A stretch of DNA of 64,000 nt from Minisyncoccota bacterium (GCA_035353995.1 DAOQAL010000001.1:209464-273463), one strand, 5' to 3'; shown: positions 39,194 through 51,278, counted from the stretch's first letter. Program-made: numbers and translations. Notes: generated by a model not told the origin, from the sequence alone.

Positions 39194-42100
39194 ATGAAAA
39201 CACTAAACACAACAGATTTTGATCATATCACACTCAAACTTGCTTCACCTGAACAAATAAAAGAATGGTCTTATGGAGAAGTTACAAAACCTGAGACAAT
39301 AAATTATCGTACTGGACGATCTGAAAGAGGTGGTTTATTTGATGAAAAAATATTTGGACCTGAGAAGGATTATGAATGTTATTGTGGAAAATATCGTCGT
39401 ATTAGATATAAGGATATAATTTGTGAAAAATGCGGAGTGGAAGTAACACGTTCTATTGTTCGTAGAGAAAGAATGGGACATATAGAGCTTTCAACTCCAG
39501 TTGCACATATTTGGTTTTTAAGAGGTGTTCCATCTAGAATGAGTATACTTCTTAATATTTCTGTCTCTGACCTTGAGAAGGTTATTTATTTTGCTGGTTA
39601 TATAATTACTAAAGTTTATGAAGAAGAAAAAGAAATTATATTAACAAACCTAGATAAAGAATATAAAACTAAATTAAAAAATACTACAGACGAAGAAACA
39701 AAAGAAAAATTAAAAACTTTACTTTCAAATACAAAAAAAGAAATTGGTGAAATTTATGAAGGAAAAGTTCTAAATGAAATTTCATTCCATCATTATTCTT
39801 TAAAATATGGAACTTGTTTTGAAGCAAATATAGGTGCTGAAGCAATTTATTCTATATTTAAAAATCTTGATTTGAATAAGTTAAAAGCTCATACAGAAAT
39901 GATGCTTGAAAAAGCAAGTATAGTAGAGAAAGAAAAATTACAGAAAAGACTTTCTCTAATTAGAGCTATGATTTATGCAAATATAAGACCAGAATGGATG
40001 CTTTTGACTGTAATACCTATTATTCCACCAGTTCTTCGTCCTATGGTTGCTCTTGATGGCGGTAGACATGCAACAAGTGATTTGAATGATCTTTACAGAA
40101 GAGTAATAAATAGAAATAATCGTTTGAAGAAATTGAAAGAAATAAATGCTCCAGATGTTATTTTGAGAAATGAGAAAAGAATTATTCAAGAAGCTGTAGA
40201 TGCATTAATTGATAACTCTATTGCAAAACAAAATGATAGTGTAGCAATGAGTCAATCACAAAAGAGAGCACTTAAATCTCTCTCTGATAATCTAAAATCA
40301 AAGCAAGGTCTTTTCCGTCAAAACTTACTTGGAAAGCGTGTAGACTACTCAGGCCGTTCTGTTATTGTTGTTGGACCTCAATTAAAACTAAATCAATGCG
40401 GACTTCCAAAACATATGGCATTGGAATTATTCCGTCCTTTTGTTATTTCAAAAATCCTTCAAGCAGAAATTGCATTTAACATAAGAGGAGCAAATAAACT
40501 TATTGAAGAACAAACTGCAGAAGTTTGGGCAATGTTAGAAGAAGTTATTCAAGGAAAATATGTTCTTCTAAACCGTGCACCTACTTTGCACAGACTTGGT
40601 ATTCAAGCTTTTAATCCTATTCTAATTGAAGGAAATGCTATTCAAGTTCATCCACTTGTTTGTCAGGCATTCAACGCAGACTTCGACGGTGACCAGATGG
40701 CAGTATATGTACCACTTTCAGATGAAGCTCAATCAGAAGCAAGAGAATTAATGGCAGCAAATAAAAATTTACTTAAACCTCAAAATGGTGATCCTATAGT
40801 TCATCCAAGTAAGGATATGGTGCTAGGATCATATTGGATGACTAAATCATGTGATGGTGAATTAGGAGAAGGAAAATATTTTTCAAGTCCAAATGCTGCA
40901 GTGTCAGCATACGATTATGGAATAGTTTCATTACGTGCAAAGATAAAAGTTATGTCTACTGATTCCTTGAAATATAAAAAACATAATGGGGGACTATTTG
41001 ACACAACAGTTGGTAAAATATTATTTAATAGTATATTGCCTAGTGACTTTGCTTTCATAAGTGACGAAATGACACAAAAAAGATTATCTGCATTAGTTGA
41101 TGAACTTATTATGTGTTATGGCGTTGATAACACTCCTCCTATATTGGATAAAATTAAGGAATTTGGTTACAAATATTCAACAAAATCTGGTACTACATGG
41201 GGTCTTGATAACGTCAAAGTTCCAGAAGAAAAACCAGCAATAATTGCAGAAGCAAAAAAACAAGAAGAAGTTGTTGTTTCAGAATGGAGAGAAGGTCTTC
41301 TTTCTGAAGAAGAAAGATATCAGAAAGTTATAGAGATTTGGACTCGTGCTAAAAAAGAATTGGAAAAAGTACTTCCAAAAACTTTGGATAAAAATGGTTC
41401 AACTTATGACTTATTTAATTCTGGAGCAAGAGGTACTATGACTTCTTTAGTACAGATGACAGGTATGAAAGGACTTATTCAAAACAACCAGGGTAGAACT
41501 CAAGAATTTCCTGTTATACCATGTTATCATGAAGGACTTTCACCAATTGAATATTTCGTTACAACTCATGGTGCTAGAAAAGGTGCATCAGATACTGCTC
41601 TTAACACTGCTAAAGCTGGATATCTAACTCGTAGATTAGTTGATGTTGCTCAGGATGTAGTTATTACAGAAGAAGATTGTGGAACGAAAGAAGGTAAAAT
41701 AGTAAAAAGAGAAAATATTTCTGGAATAGAAATTCCTCTTTCAAAAAATCTTCGTGGAAGAGTATTAGCAGCAGATTTGAAAGATAAGGACGGTAATGTT
41801 GTATATAAAAAAGGATTTCTAATTACAAAAGAAGAAGCTTATAACATTGAAGGAGCTGGTTTTACTGAAGTATTTGTTCGATCTCCTCTTACTTGCAATA
41901 CTGTTCATGGTATTTGTCAGAAATGTTATGGTCTTGATTTAGGAAGAAATCATCTTGTAGATTTAGGTGAAGCTGTTGGAATTATAGCTGCTCAAGCTAT
42001 TGGAGAACCTGGAACACAGCTTACACTTCGTACATTCCATGCTGGAGGAGTTGCTGGTACTGATATTACGACAGGTCTTCCTCGTGTTGAAGAAATTTTC

Positions 42101-42805
42101 GAAAGAAGAATTCCTAAGAACCCAGCTATTGTTTCTCAGACAGATGGTGAAGTAATAGAAGTAAAAGATAAAGATGGAAAAGAGAAAATAATAAAAGTTT
42201 TGTCTGATACAAAAGGTGATGGTAAATCAAATGAAATAGAATATTTAGCAGCATTTAGAAGAATACCAATAGTGAAAGTAGGAGATAAAGTAAAGAAAGG
42301 AGAACTTTTGACAGATGGATCCGCTGATATTGCAGAAATATTTAAGTATGGAGGTAAAGAATTAGTTGAAGAATATATTATCAGAGAAATAAATAAAGTT
42401 TATGAATTGCAAAGTGCTTCAATTTCTAGAAAACATACAGAAATAATTATTCGTCAAATGTTTTCAAGAAGAAAGATAAAAGATTCTGGAGAAACAAATT
42501 TCTCAAATGGTGATATTGTAGAAAACACAGCATTGGTTGAAGAAAATGCAAGAGTCGCAAGCATTGGTGGAAAAGAAGCAAAAGCAGAAATAGTTGCTCT
42601 TGGAATAACTGAAGTATCTCTACGAACAAAGAGTTGGCTTTCAGCTGCTTCTTTCCAAAATACTAATCGTGTATTAATCGAAAATGCAGTAAAGGGTGGT
42701 GTAGATTATCTAAGAGGCTTAAAAGAAAATGTAATTATTGGACGACTTATACCAGCAGGAACGGGATTTAAAAATAGAGAAAATCACGTTGAAGAGGAAG
42801 AATAA
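39194..42805 (+). CDS. rpoC: RNA polymerase beta' subunit
   Basis: N-terminal zinc ribbon, [24 protein letters not shown]. Confidence 0.99.
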   Translation: MKTLNTTDFDHITLKLASPEQIKEWSYGEVTKPETINYRTGRSERGGLFDEKIFGPEKDYECYCGKYRRIRYKDIICEKCGVEVTRSIVRRERMGHIELSTPVAHIWFLRGVPSRMSILLNISVSDLEKVIYFAGYIITKVYEEEKEIILTNLDKEYKTKLKNTTDEETKEKLKTLLSNTKKEIGEIYEGKVLNEISFHHYSLKYGTCFEANIGAEAIYSIFKNLDLNKLKAHTEMMLEKASIVEKEKLQKRLSLIRAMIYANIRPEWMLLTVIPIIPPVLRPMVALDGGRHATSDLNDLYRRVINRNNRLKKLKEINAPDVILRNEKRIIQEAVDALIDNSIAKQNDSVAMSQSQKRALKSLSDNLKSKQGLFRQNLLGKRVDYSGRSVIVVGPQLKLNQCGLPKHMALELFRPFVISKILQAEIAFNIRGANKLIEEQTAEVWAMLEEVIQGKYVLLNRAPTLHRLGIQAFNPILIEGNAIQVHPLVCQAFNADFDGDQMAVYVPLSDEAQSEARELMAANKNLLKPQNGDPIVHPSKDMVLGSYWMTKSCDGELGEGKYFSSPNAAVSAYDYGIVSLRAKIKVMSTDSLKYKKHNGGLFDTTVGKILFNSILPSDFAFISDEMTQKRLSALVDELIMCYGVDNTPPILDKIKEFGYKYSTKSGTTWGLDNVKVPEEKPAIIAEAKKQEEVVVSEWREGLLSEEERYQKVIEIWTRAKKELEKVLPKTLDKNGSTYDLFNSGARGTMTSLVQMTGMKGLIQNNQGRTQEFPVIPCYHEGLSPIEYFVTTHGARKGASDTALNTAKAGYLTRRLVDVAQDVVITEEDCGTKEGKIVKRENISGIEIPLSKNLRGRVLAADLKDKDGNVVYKKGFLITKEEAYNIEGAGFTEVFVRSPLTCNTVHGICQKCYGLDLGRNHLVDLGEAVGIIAAQAIGEPGTQLTLRTFHAGGVAGTDITTGLPRVEEIFERRIPKNPAIVSQTDGEVIEVKDKDGKEKIIKVLSDTKGDGKSNEIEYLAAFRRIPIVKVGDKVKKGELLTDGSADIAEIFKYGGKELVEEYIIREINKVYELQSASISRKHTEIIIRQMFSRRKIKDSGETNFSNGDIVENTALVEENARVASIGGKEAKAEIVALGITEVSLRTKSWLSAASFQNTNRVLIENAVKGGVDYLRGLKENVIIGRLIPAGTGFKNRENHVEEEE

Positions 42806-42811
42806 AATATT

Positions 42812-44560
42812 ATGAACTCTCCAGTTACACAAATTAAGGAGAGGCTTTCAATCGAAGATGTAGTCTCTTCTTATATAAAGTTAGAAAAAGCTGGCTCAAA
42901 TCTAAAAGCAAGGTGTCCATTTCATAATGAAAAAACACCATCTTTCTTTGTGTCTCCTGATAGGGGTAGTTACTATTGTTTTGGTTGTGGTGCAAAAGGT
43001 GACATATTCACTTTTGTAGAAGAATTTGAAGGTTTGGATTTTAAAGGAGCATTAAAACTTTTAGCTGATAAAGCAGGAATTGTATTGGAAAAATTCAACA
43101 AAGAAGAAGAAAGCGAGAAGGAAAGATTATATAGAATAATGGATGAATCTTCTAAATTTTTTGAGAATAATTTATCTAGCAATAAAGAAGTTTTAGCTTA
43201 TCTTAAAGCAAGAGGATTAAATGATGTTTCAATCGCAGATTTTAAAATTGGTTTTGTAAAAGAAGACTGGAGAGAATTATATTCTCATCTTATTAAAAAA
43301 GGTTTTAAAGATGCGGATATAGAAAAAGCAGGACTGATAAAAAAAACAGAAAAAGGATTTTATGATAGGTTCAGAGGACGAATTATGTTTCCAATTTCTG
43401 ATTCTAGCGGACGTATAATTGCATTTTCTGGAAGACTTTTTAGAGATGATGGAAAATCAGCAAAGTATTTAAATAGCCCAGATACTCCAATTTTTAGCAA
43501 ATCAGCAGTTCTTTATGGACTTGATAAAGCTAAAGAATCTATTCGAAAAAATAATTTTTCAATTTTAGTAGAAGGGCAATTTGATTTAGTTTTATCTCAT
43601 CAAGCTGGCTTTAAAAATACAATTGCAACTTCTGGAACTGCACTTACAGACTCAACTGTTTCTAAAGAAAATGTTGTTTCTAATTTGGGATTAGTTCGTA
43701 GAATTTCAAGTAATATAGTTCTTGCTTTCGACGCTGACAAGGCTGGTTTTAATGCATCAAGTCGTGCAAGTAAAATAGCATTATCTTTGGGAATGGATGT
43801 TAAAGTGGTTTCTTTACCAGATGGAGTTGATCCTGCTGATTTAATTTCTAAAACTGGTCCCCAGGCATGGCATGAAGCTATTCGTAATTCAAAACATATT
43901 ATTGAATTTTTACTTAATAAAATATTGAGTAAAACACAAAAAGATTCGCGATATATTGGTAGAGACGTGAAAGAAAAAATACTTCCATACGTCAACGCTC
44001 TTGATAGCTCAATTGAAAAGTCACATTTTATTAAATTAATAAGTGATATGTCTCAAATTCCAGAAAATGCCCTAAGAGATGATCTTAGAAAAGTTGAAAC
44101 TGAATTAAAATTTGAACAAAATGAAATTAAAGGTGCAGAAGAACATGAAAATAAGGTTTTCAAAAAAGATTATATAGAACGTAGATTGTTTGGAATTTTG
44201 CTTTGGCAAAAAACATTGCCAAAACAATCTTTGAATGTTGAAGAAATAACAAAAGAACTTTCAAATATTTTGGGAGTAAAGCCCGAAGAAGTTTTTATAG
44301 ATGTAGAAAATAACAAAGAGGATTTAATTTTTGAAGCAGAAATTTTTTATGGAAAAGAAGGGAATTTAAATAAAGACGTTTTGGAATTGTTGGAGAATCT
44401 GAAAGAGGAAAATTTAAAAGAAGAATTATCTAAAAAAATGAAAGAATTACATCTGGCTGATATGAATAAAGAAAAAGATAAGTCGACTCAAATTTTGAAA
44501 GAAGTAAATGAAATTAATAATAAGATACAAAATATTAAAAATGGTCGTGTTAAAAACTAA
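42812..44560 (+). CDS. dnaG: DNA primase
   Basis: CPFH...CFGC zinc finger, FRGRIMFPI, KYLNSP, TOPRIM (EGQFD, FDAD). Confidence 0.97.
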   Translation: MNSPVTQIKERLSIEDVVSSYIKLEKAGSNLKARCPFHNEKTPSFFVSPDRGSYYCFGCGAKGDIFTFVEEFEGLDFKGALKLLADKAGIVLEKFNKEEESEKERLYRIMDESSKFFENNLSSNKEVLAYLKARGLNDVSIADFKIGFVKEDWRELYSHLIKKGFKDADIEKAGLIKKTEKGFYDRFRGRIMFPISDSSGRIIAFSGRLFRDDGKSAKYLNSPDTPIFSKSAVLYGLDKAKESIRKNNFSILVEGQFDLVLSHQAGFKNTIATSGTALTDSTVSKENVVSNLGLVRRISSNIVLAFDADKAGFNASSRASKIALSLGMDVKVVSLPDGVDPADLISKTGPQAWHEAIRNSKHIIEFLLNKILSKTQKDSRYIGRDVKEKILPYVNALDSSIEKSHFIKLISDMSQIPENALRDDLRKVETELKFEQNEIKGAEEHENKVFKKDYIERRLFGILLWQKTLPKQSLNVEEITKELSNILGVKPEEVFIDVENNKEDLIFEAEIFYGKEGNLNKDVLELLENLKEENLKEELSKKMKELHLADMNKEKDKSTQILKEVNEINNKIQNIKNGRVKN

Positions 44561-44569
44561 ATTATAATT

Positions 44570-45775
44570 ATGAAGAAAAAAAACATAAAAAAAGTAAAGA
44601 AAAATAAGGTTAAAAAGAGCAAAATAAAAAAGGTTTCAAAAAAAATAAAAAAAACAAAAAAACCTGTAACTAAGAAAAAAACAGTTAAAAAATTAAGTAC
44701 TTCTGAAAAAAAATCTGAAGAATTAAATCGTTTAGCTGATGGAATTATAGCAAAAGGAAGAAAGAGAGGATTTGTTACTTATGATGAAATTTTGAAAACA
44801 TTTCCAAACATCGAAAATGATATTATCTTTTTAGATGAATTGTATGAAAAATTAACTGTTGCTGGAATAGATGTTCTTGAAGGAGGAAATCTTTTGAATT
44901 TAGATAATGATTTAAATGACTCTGATTTGAATAAATCTACTTTGCATGATTCGATTCAAATGTATTTAAAAGAAATAGGTCAATATCCTTTAATTTATGC
45001 TAGTGATGAAAAAGAATTGGCAAAAAGAATAGAGCATGGTGATATTGAAGCAAAGAATTTACTTGCAAGAGCAAACTTGCGTTTAGTAGTTTCAATAGCT
45101 AAAAAGTATGTTGGACGAAGTGCAAATTTAACCTTACTTGATTTGATACAAGAGGGGAATCTTGGTTTGTTTAAAGCTGTCGAAAAATTCGATTGGACTA
45201 AAGGATATAAATTTTCTACTTATGCAACTTGGTGGATTAGACAATCAATAACTCGTGCTTTGGCTGATCAATCACGTACAATTCGTATTCCAGTTCATAT
45301 GGTTGAAACAATTTCAAAATATAAACAAGTTCATAGAAGGCTAAGTCAAGATTTAGGAAGAGAGCCATTATCAGAAGAAATTGCTACTGAGATGGGTGTA
45401 CCTGTTGAAAAAATTCACACAATAGAAAATATAAGCCAAGAAACTATTTCTCTTGAACAACCTGTTGGTGACGATGATGATAAATCAACATTGGAAAACT
45501 TTATTCCAGATGAAAAGATTTTAAGACCTGATCAAGAATCTTCTCGTAGAATTTTAGCTGATCAAATAAGAGAAGTTCTAGACGAACTTAATCCAAAAGA
45601 AAGAAAAATTCTTGAAATGCGTTATGGATTGACTGATGGTATACAGCATACATTAGAAAGGGTAGGTGAAGAATTTCAAGTTACTCGTGAACGTATTCGT
45701 CAGATTGAAGCAAAGGTTCATGAAAAACTTCGTCAACATGAAAAAATTGCTCGCTTGAAAAACTATTTTGACTAG
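44570..45775 (+). CDS. rpoD: Primary sigma factor RpoD with a Lys-rich N-terminus
   Basis: [43 protein letters not shown]. Confidence 0.97.
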   Translation: MKKKNIKKVKKNKVKKSKIKKVSKKIKKTKKPVTKKKTVKKLSTSEKKSEELNRLADGIIAKGRKRGFVTYDEILKTFPNIENDIIFLDELYEKLTVAGIDVLEGGNLLNLDNDLNDSDLNKSTLHDSIQMYLKEIGQYPLIYASDEKELAKRIEHGDIEAKNLLARANLRLVVSIAKKYVGRSANLTLLDLIQEGNLGLFKAVEKFDWTKGYKFSTYATWWIRQSITRALADQSRTIRIPVHMVETISKYKQVHRRLSQDLGREPLSEEIATEMGVPVEKIHTIENISQETISLEQPVGDDDDKSTLENFIPDEKILRPDQESSRRILADQIREVLDELNPKERKILEMRYGLTDGIQHTLERVGEEFQVTRERIRQIEAKVHEKLRQHEKIARLKNYFD

Positions 45776-45850
45776 CGAGGAAATAATAAAAATTTATTTT
45801 TATTATTTCCGAGTGAAGTCAAAATATTGTATGCAGTTATATTTTGACTA
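45764..45850. repeat. Palindromic insertion with an 11-bp direct repeat at the rpoD stop
   Basis: tattttgacta ... agtcaaaata ... tattttgacta surrounding gcgagg-hairpin-ccgagtg. Confidence 0.75.
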
Positions 45851-45884
45851 AATAAAAAATCCCGCACATGCGGGATTTTTTATT
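45851..45884. terminator. Bidirectional terminator
   Basis: aataaaaaatcccgc-acat-gcgggattttttatt. Confidence 0.88.
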
Positions 45885-45890
45885 GTATTA

Positions 45891-46595
45891 CTATCTTAGT
45901 TTTTCTATTTTTTGCATTATGGATTCATAAGATTCAGCTCCGTGCATCATTTCAACTATTTTTCCTTTTTTAACAATAAAACTTGATGGAGTACCAAGAC
46001 CATTTTGTATAATTCCTTTTTCTACTAACTGTTTTTCCAATGAACTTGCTCCTGTTTTGTATGTACTGATTTTTTCTTTATATTTTTCACTTGAAAGACA
46101 GTTTTCAAAAGATTCCATGTTAAGACCCAAATCATTGGCTATTTTGGAAAGTTCAGTTGTTTCTAATTTATTATTTGATTCTGTTCTTGCAAAAACTTCA
46201 TTTATATATTTCCAAAACATATCATTACCTCCTTGCTCCCAGGCACATTCTGTTGCTATTGCTTCGTGCTCTGATTTTGAATGAAGTTCAGAAATAGGGT
46301 AATGCCTATACACCCAAGCTACATTGCTATTTTCAGATACTACTTTCTGCATTGTTGAATGAAATACTTTACACCATGGGCATTCAGTATCTGAATATTC
46401 CACTATCATTATTTTTGCATTTTTATTTCCTAAAATATGTTCTTGATCTGAGACTTGTTCTATCTTAACTTTTTGCAATGCAGTATCGGCATTTGATGAT
46501 GAACTTTTATCTTTTAATAGAATAGCTCCTGCAATAATAAGTCCAGCTATTATTATAGCTCCAGCTATTTGATTTTGTTTTAGCTTGTTTCCCAT
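45891..46595 (-). CDS. DsbA-family thiol oxidoreductase
   Basis: EYSDTECPWC, YRHYP, GTP cis-Pro loop, N-terminal anchor. Confidence 0.92.
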   Translation of the reverse strand: MGNKLKQNQIAGAIIIAGLIIAGAILLKDKSSSSNADTALQKVKIEQVSDQEHILGNKNAKIMIVEYSDTECPWCKVFHSTMQKVVSENSNVAWVYRHYPISELHSKSEHEAIATECAWEQGGNDMFWKYINEVFARTESNNKLETTELSKIANDLGLNMESFENCLSSEKYKEKISTYKTGASSLEKQLVEKGIIQNGLGTPSSFIVKKGKIVEMMHGAESYESIMQKIEKLR

Positions 46596-46725
46596 AAATA
46601 TTTTTTATTATTACTAATACGCTAGTATAACATCTTTTTTATGCATGGTATACTATATTGTGGGTCCATTAATTTTACCAAATAATTTTTTTGTTCAATT
46701 TGATTTGGACAAATAATATAAACAT

Positions 46726-47025
46726 ATGTGTAAAAATTGTAAAAGTTGTTGTTGCAAAGGCGGTTGCACTATGAGCATTATTGCTAAAATATTAGTAATA
46801 ATAGGAGGATTAAACTGGGGTATTATTGGAGTTGGTATGATTGTAGGCAAAATGAATTCATGGAATGTAGTTCATTTATTGCTTGGATCTGCACCTTCTC
46901 TTGAATTAATCATCTATTTGCTTGTAGGTATTGGTGCCGTAATAATGCTTTTTAACTGTAGTTGTAATAAATGCAGAGAAACTTGCAGAATTGAAGAAAA
47001 AAAAGAAGAAACACAAATGCAATAG
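46726..47025 (+). CDS. DUF378-family membrane protein with Cys-rich ends
   Basis: LVIIGGLNWGIIG...IYLLVG motif. Confidence 0.8.
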   Translation: MCKNCKSCCCKGGCTMSIIAKILVIIGGLNWGIIGVGMIVGKMNSWNVVHLLLGSAPSLELIIYLLVGIGAVIMLFNCSCNKCRETCRIEEKKEETQMQ

Positions 47026-47106
47026 TTTTTGAAAAAATATCATTAATTTAGCTATTTTAAGCACTTGCGGATTCTCTAAAAAAGTGATATTATTTTTGTC
47101 ATAAAT

Positions 47107-48381
47107 ATGTCTTCAGTTTCAACTACAATATATTTTATATTGACTTTTCTTTCTGTCTACGTGCAGGTTTTTTTCCTTTCAGTTTTTTTAGATAAAAGAA
47201 AAAAAATATTGGTAAGAAAGGGTACTATAGAGCTCAGTGAATATCCAGGGGTTACAGTAATTGTTCCATGTTATAACGAAGAAAAAACAATAACTGGGAC
47301 TATAGAATCTCTTCTTGATTTAGATTATCCAAAAGATAAATTAAAAATAATTGTTATTGATGATGGAAGCAAGGATCATACATGGGATACTATAAAAAAA
47401 TTTGAAGAACACCAAAATATTAAGATTCTTAAAAAAGAAAATGGTGGTAAATATACAGCACTCAATTTAGGGTTGAAGTATGTTGATACGCCATTTTTAG
47501 GTTGTCTTGATGCAGATTCTTTTGTAGATTCTCAAGCACTAAAAAGAATTATGACTTATTTTTATGATAGCCATGTTATGGCCGTTGCTCCATCAATTGT
47601 TGTTGATAAACCAAAAAATATTATACAGGGTGCACAAAAAGCAGAATATGACATGGCAATTTATACTAAAAAAATGCTTGCATTCTTGGGCGGTATACAT
47701 GTTACTCCTGGACCTTTTTCAATTTTTAGAAAAAAAGTTTTTGAGGATTTAGGCCCATATAGACATGCACATAATACTGAAGACCAAGAGATTGCTTTAC
47801 GTATGCAAAAAAATCATTATAAAATAGAACATTGTCCAGATGCATATGTATATACTGTTGCACCAAATTCAGTAGGAAAATTGTTTCGTCAAAGACAGAG
47901 ATGGATTTATGGCTTTTTAAGAAATGTTATAGATTACAAAAAAATCTTATTTAAGAAAAAATATGGTACAGTAGCTTTTTTTACATTGCCATCAGGTATT
48001 ATTTCTGTAATATCAGCTATATTTTTGTTAGGAATGGTTTTTTATAATATTATTGTTTTCCTAATAAACAAAATAATTCAAATAAATATTGCTGGTTTTA
48101 GTTCAATTAGCAATTTTTCTTTTGATTGGTTTTATTTTGACACAAAAACAATTTTCTTTATGTCAATACTTTTGTATTCATCGGTTGTATTTTCTCTTTT
48201 GATGGGAAGAAGAATGTTGGAGGGTAAAATTCGTTTTTCATTTGATATACTATATTTTGTAATAATTTATGGGGCATTAGCACCTTTTTGGCTTCTCAAG
48301 GCTGTTTTTAATACGATAAGATCAAAACAGGCTAGTTGGACGCTAGAAAGAGACGTCGGTTTAAAACTGGACGCAAATTAA
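47107..48381 (+). CDS. GT2 processive glycosyltransferase (PgaC/IcaA-like)
   Basis: VPCYNEE, DDGS, DAD, TED, RQRQRW; C-terminal TMs. Confidence 0.92.
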   Translation: MSSVSTTIYFILTFLSVYVQVFFLSVFLDKRKKILVRKGTIELSEYPGVTVIVPCYNEEKTITGTIESLLDLDYPKDKLKIIVIDDGSKDHTWDTIKKFEEHQNIKILKKENGGKYTALNLGLKYVDTPFLGCLDADSFVDSQALKRIMTYFYDSHVMAVAPSIVVDKPKNIIQGAQKAEYDMAIYTKKMLAFLGGIHVTPGPFSIFRKKVFEDLGPYRHAHNTEDQEIALRMQKNHYKIEHCPDAYVYTVAPNSVGKLFRQRQRWIYGFLRNVIDYKKILFKKKYGTVAFFTLPSGIISVISAIFLLGMVFYNIIVFLINKIIQINIAGFSSISNFSFDWFYFDTKTIFFMSILLYSSVVFSLLMGRRMLEGKIRFSFDILYFVIIYGALAPFWLLKAVFNTIRSKQASWTLERDVGLKLDAN

Positions 48382-48403
48382 TCAAACTGTTAATATAATA
48401 ATT

Positions 48404-49117
48404 ATGGAAAAACAAGAAGAACAAGAACAACAAAAATTTGATTGGAGAAGGTATGTGGTCGTTTTCTTTATTACGTTAGCGCTTTTTTTAACGGCTGTAT
48501 ATATAAGCAATTATTTTAATAATAAAAAGTTAGATCAATTAAAATCTATACAAGATAAAATATCAATAGATATTCTATCGTCAGAGACACAATTTTCTCT
48601 TTTGTCTGAATTGTCCTGTAAAAATGTTTCAGATACTGTTTTGTCTAGTGAATTAAGTGAACTTGGAAAAAAATTAGAATGGGGAGAAGACAATATTGGT
48701 AAATCAGAAGAATTAACTTATTTAAGAAAATATTATTCTCTTTTAGAAATAAAAGATTATCTTTTAATGAAAAAGATTTCTTCTAGATGTGGCGTAAAGT
48801 CAGCCTTTGTACTTTATTTTTACACAACAGCTGAAAATTGTAGTGAGTGTCAAAAAGAGGGTATAGTACTTTCTGCATTAAAAGATAAATACCCAGAATT
48901 AAGAGTTTACTCTTTTGATTACAGTACTGAACTTTCTGCAGTTGAAGCAATGATAAATATTTATAAAATAAAAGATACAAAACTTCCTGCTTTGGTTGTT
49001 GATGATAATGTTTATACTGGATTTCGTTCTGTTGAAGAACTAGAAAAAACTATTAAAGAATCATTTAAATTGCAAGAGGCAATACCTGAAAACACATCTA
49101 ATAAAAAGAGTTCTTAA
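48404..49117 (+). CDS. Membrane-anchored protein with a C-terminal thioredoxin-like fold
   Basis: N-terminal TM, YFY...CSEC, LPALVV. Confidence 0.7.
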   Translation: MEKQEEQEQQKFDWRRYVVVFFITLALFLTAVYISNYFNNKKLDQLKSIQDKISIDILSSETQFSLLSELSCKNVSDTVLSSELSELGKKLEWGEDNIGKSEELTYLRKYYSLLEIKDYLLMKKISSRCGVKSAFVLYFYTTAENCSECQKEGIVLSALKDKYPELRVYSFDYSTELSAVEAMINIYKIKDTKLPALVVDDNVYTGFRSVEELEKTIKESFKLQEAIPENTSNKKSS

Positions 49118-49121
49118 TTTG

Positions 49122-49194
49122 AGCCGCCTCTCAGATTCGAACTGAGGACCTTCGCTTTACAAAAGCGTTGCTCTACCAACTGAGCTAAGGCGGC
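49122..49194 (-). tRNA. tRNA-Thr(TGT)
   Basis: GCCGCCT/AGGCGGC acceptor, TTTGTAA anticodon loop, TTCGAAT. Confidence 0.95.
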
Positions 49195-49231
49195 TTATAA
49201 ATATTCTAATACATTAACATATTTTAAAAAT

Positions 49232-49654
49232 CTATTCAATTCCTTCTTCTTCTTTGATCTTGTGTTTTATCCTTCTTATCTTTTGTCTATATTCGGAAAT
49301 AACTTTTAAATATTTGGAAACTTCTTGTTTGTTTATAGGATTTCCATTTTCATCAAACTTTGTTTTGTTCATTTTTTCCTTTATTTTTTTGCTTATTTCC
49401 TTTCTTTTTTTATTCAAAAAATTTAAAGAAAGAATATAACTTCTAAGAACAATCCATATAAAAATATGTCCTCCATTTTTTAAATTTTTTGCTATTGAAT
49501 ATTTAACCTTATCAAAATCTACAACTTCACCCAAAAAATTTTCATTATTGTATTCAGGATGTTTTGTCTCATAATTTATAAGCAAAACTTTATCACCAAT
49601 CATAAAAATGATTGCTGCTAGTGATACAAAAAATAAAATTAAAAAGAAAGACAT
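49232..49654 (-). CDS. Hypothetical membrane protein
   Basis: N-terminal TM and basic C-terminus; follows tsf by 6 nt. Confidence 0.7.
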   Translation of the reverse strand: MSFFLILFFVSLAAIIFMIGDKVLLINYETKHPEYNNENFLGEVVDFDKVKYSIAKNLKNGGHIFIWIVLRSYILSLNFLNKKRKEISKKIKEKMNKTKFDENGNPINKQEVSKYLKVISEYRQKIRRIKHKIKEEEGIE

Positions 49655-49660
49655 GTTTTT

Positions 49661-50440
49661 TTAAATTGAATAACTTTTTACTTCCTTTATTGTTGCTTTT
49701 GCTTTTTCCAAAATTTGTCCTATCGTTTCTTCTGGATTTTTTATAAAAGGTTGATCAAGTAATGTTTTTTCTTTGAAGTATGTTGCTATTTTACCTTCAA
49801 GTATTTTTTTCTTTATCTCTTCTGGTTTGTTTACATTCTCCATTTCTTTTAAGAAGATTTCATTTATTGTTTTCTTTATTTCTTCATTTATATCTTCTTT
49901 TGAAATATATTCAGGTTTCATTGCTGTAAAGTGCATAGCAATATCTTTTGCTAATTCTGAATTTCCACCATTTAAACTCACAATAACTGCTTTTTTATTA
50001 TTATGAATATAATTTCCCAATACAGTTCCTTCTACTTGATAAGAATCACCAAGTTGTATATTTTCTCCTGTTTTTTGAATAATTGGATCAATCATATCTT
50101 TTGCTTGATTTTTCATTTTTTCTATTCCATCTGCAAAAGCTATATCGGTAAGTTTATTGAGTAGTGAAACAAAGTCTTCGTTTCTTGATACGAAGTCAGT
50201 TTCACAGTGTAGGGCAACAAGTACAGACTTTTTATCATCTCCTTTTATCATAACTGCACCATCTTTAGCATTTCTATCAGCCTTTTTAAGAGCTATATCA
50301 CTACTTGTTTTTTTTAATATTGCAAGAGCTTTATTCATATCGCCATCAGCTTCCTCTAATGCTTTTTTGCATTGCATAACTGAAATGCCAGTGGCATCTC
50401 TAAGTTCCTTTACCAACTCGGTTGTTATTTTTGTTGACAT
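49661..50440 (-). CDS. tsf: Elongation factor Ts
   Basis: VKELRDATG..MQCKKAL, CETDFV, LLDQPFIK. Confidence 0.96.
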   Translation of the reverse strand: MSTKITTELVKELRDATGISVMQCKKALEEADGDMNKALAILKKTSSDIALKKADRNAKDGAVMIKGDDKKSVLVALHCETDFVSRNEDFVSLLNKLTDIAFADGIEKMKNQAKDMIDPIIQKTGENIQLGDSYQVEGTVLGNYIHNNKKAVIVSLNGGNSELAKDIAMHFTAMKPEYISKEDINEEIKKTINEIFLKEMENVNKPEEIKKKILEGKIATYFKEKTLLDQPFIKNPEETIGQILEKAKATIKEVKSYSI

Positions 50441-50449
50441 ATAAATATT

Positions 50450-51172
50450 TTACTTAACAGGCACAGACATCTGGCCATTTTTATAAGAATTTAAGATTGA
50501 TTCTGTAAAAATCCTAATTGAAGGTATTCCAGAATCATTACATACGATAGGATAATCTATATTTTTTATATTTGAATCAGAATTTAACAATGCTATAACA
50601 GGTACATTTGATTTTTGTGCTTCAGTTTTTGCAATGTGCTCTGTTTTTGTATCTACAATAAACAATGCATCTGGTATTTTTTTCAAACCAACTAATCCAG
50701 AGTAATATCTTGCTAATTTTTCCATCTTTTTTGCCATAACTACTCTTTCTTTTTTTGTATATTTCTCAAGTCCTCCTTCTTTATTTTCTTTTCTATAGTT
50801 TTCAAGTTCTACAATTCTCTTTTTAATCTCAGAAAAATTACTTAAAGTACCACCAATCCATCTTTCGTTTACATAAGGCATATTAAGAGCTTCGGCTGTA
50901 TTTTTTATTATTTCTTTTGCCTCTGGTTTAGTTCCAACAAAAAGAACCACTTTATTTTTTGAACCGAGACTTTTTATAAACTCTCCTGCTGTTTCAAGCA
51001 TTAAGCTTGTTTTTTCAAGATCAATAATATCTGTTTTATTTTTAGTCGTAAATATATATGAAGATACAGAAGGGTGTCTTCTGGTCTTAGAATAACCATA
51101 ATGAGCACCTGCTTTAAACATATCTTCCACTGATACTTTAGTATCTTTCTTTTGATTTTCTACTTTTTGCAT
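50450..51172 (-). CDS. rpsB: 30S ribosomal protein S2
   Basis: AGAHYG, FVGTK, RWIGGTLSN, PIVCND. Start set to ATG 51172. Confidence 0.96.
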   Translation of the reverse strand: MQKVENQKKDTKVSVEDMFKAGAHYGYSKTRRHPSVSSYIFTTKNKTDIIDLEKTSLMLETAGEFIKSLGSKNKVVLFVGTKPEAKEIIKNTAEALNMPYVNERWIGGTLSNFSEIKKRIVELENYRKENKEGGLEKYTKKERVVMAKKMEKLARYYSGLVGLKKIPDALFIVDTKTEHIAKTEAQKSNVPVIALLNSDSNIKNIDYPIVCNDSGIPSIRIFTESILNSYKNGQMSVPVK

Positions 51173-51278
51173 AAGGTTTATTCTAGCAGAAAGAGACGAT
51201 TTTTGCAAATTTTAGGCTATATTTAATTTCTTTTAAATTCCTTTGCAAAAAAGGCTTTTTTCGGTTAATATGGATACT

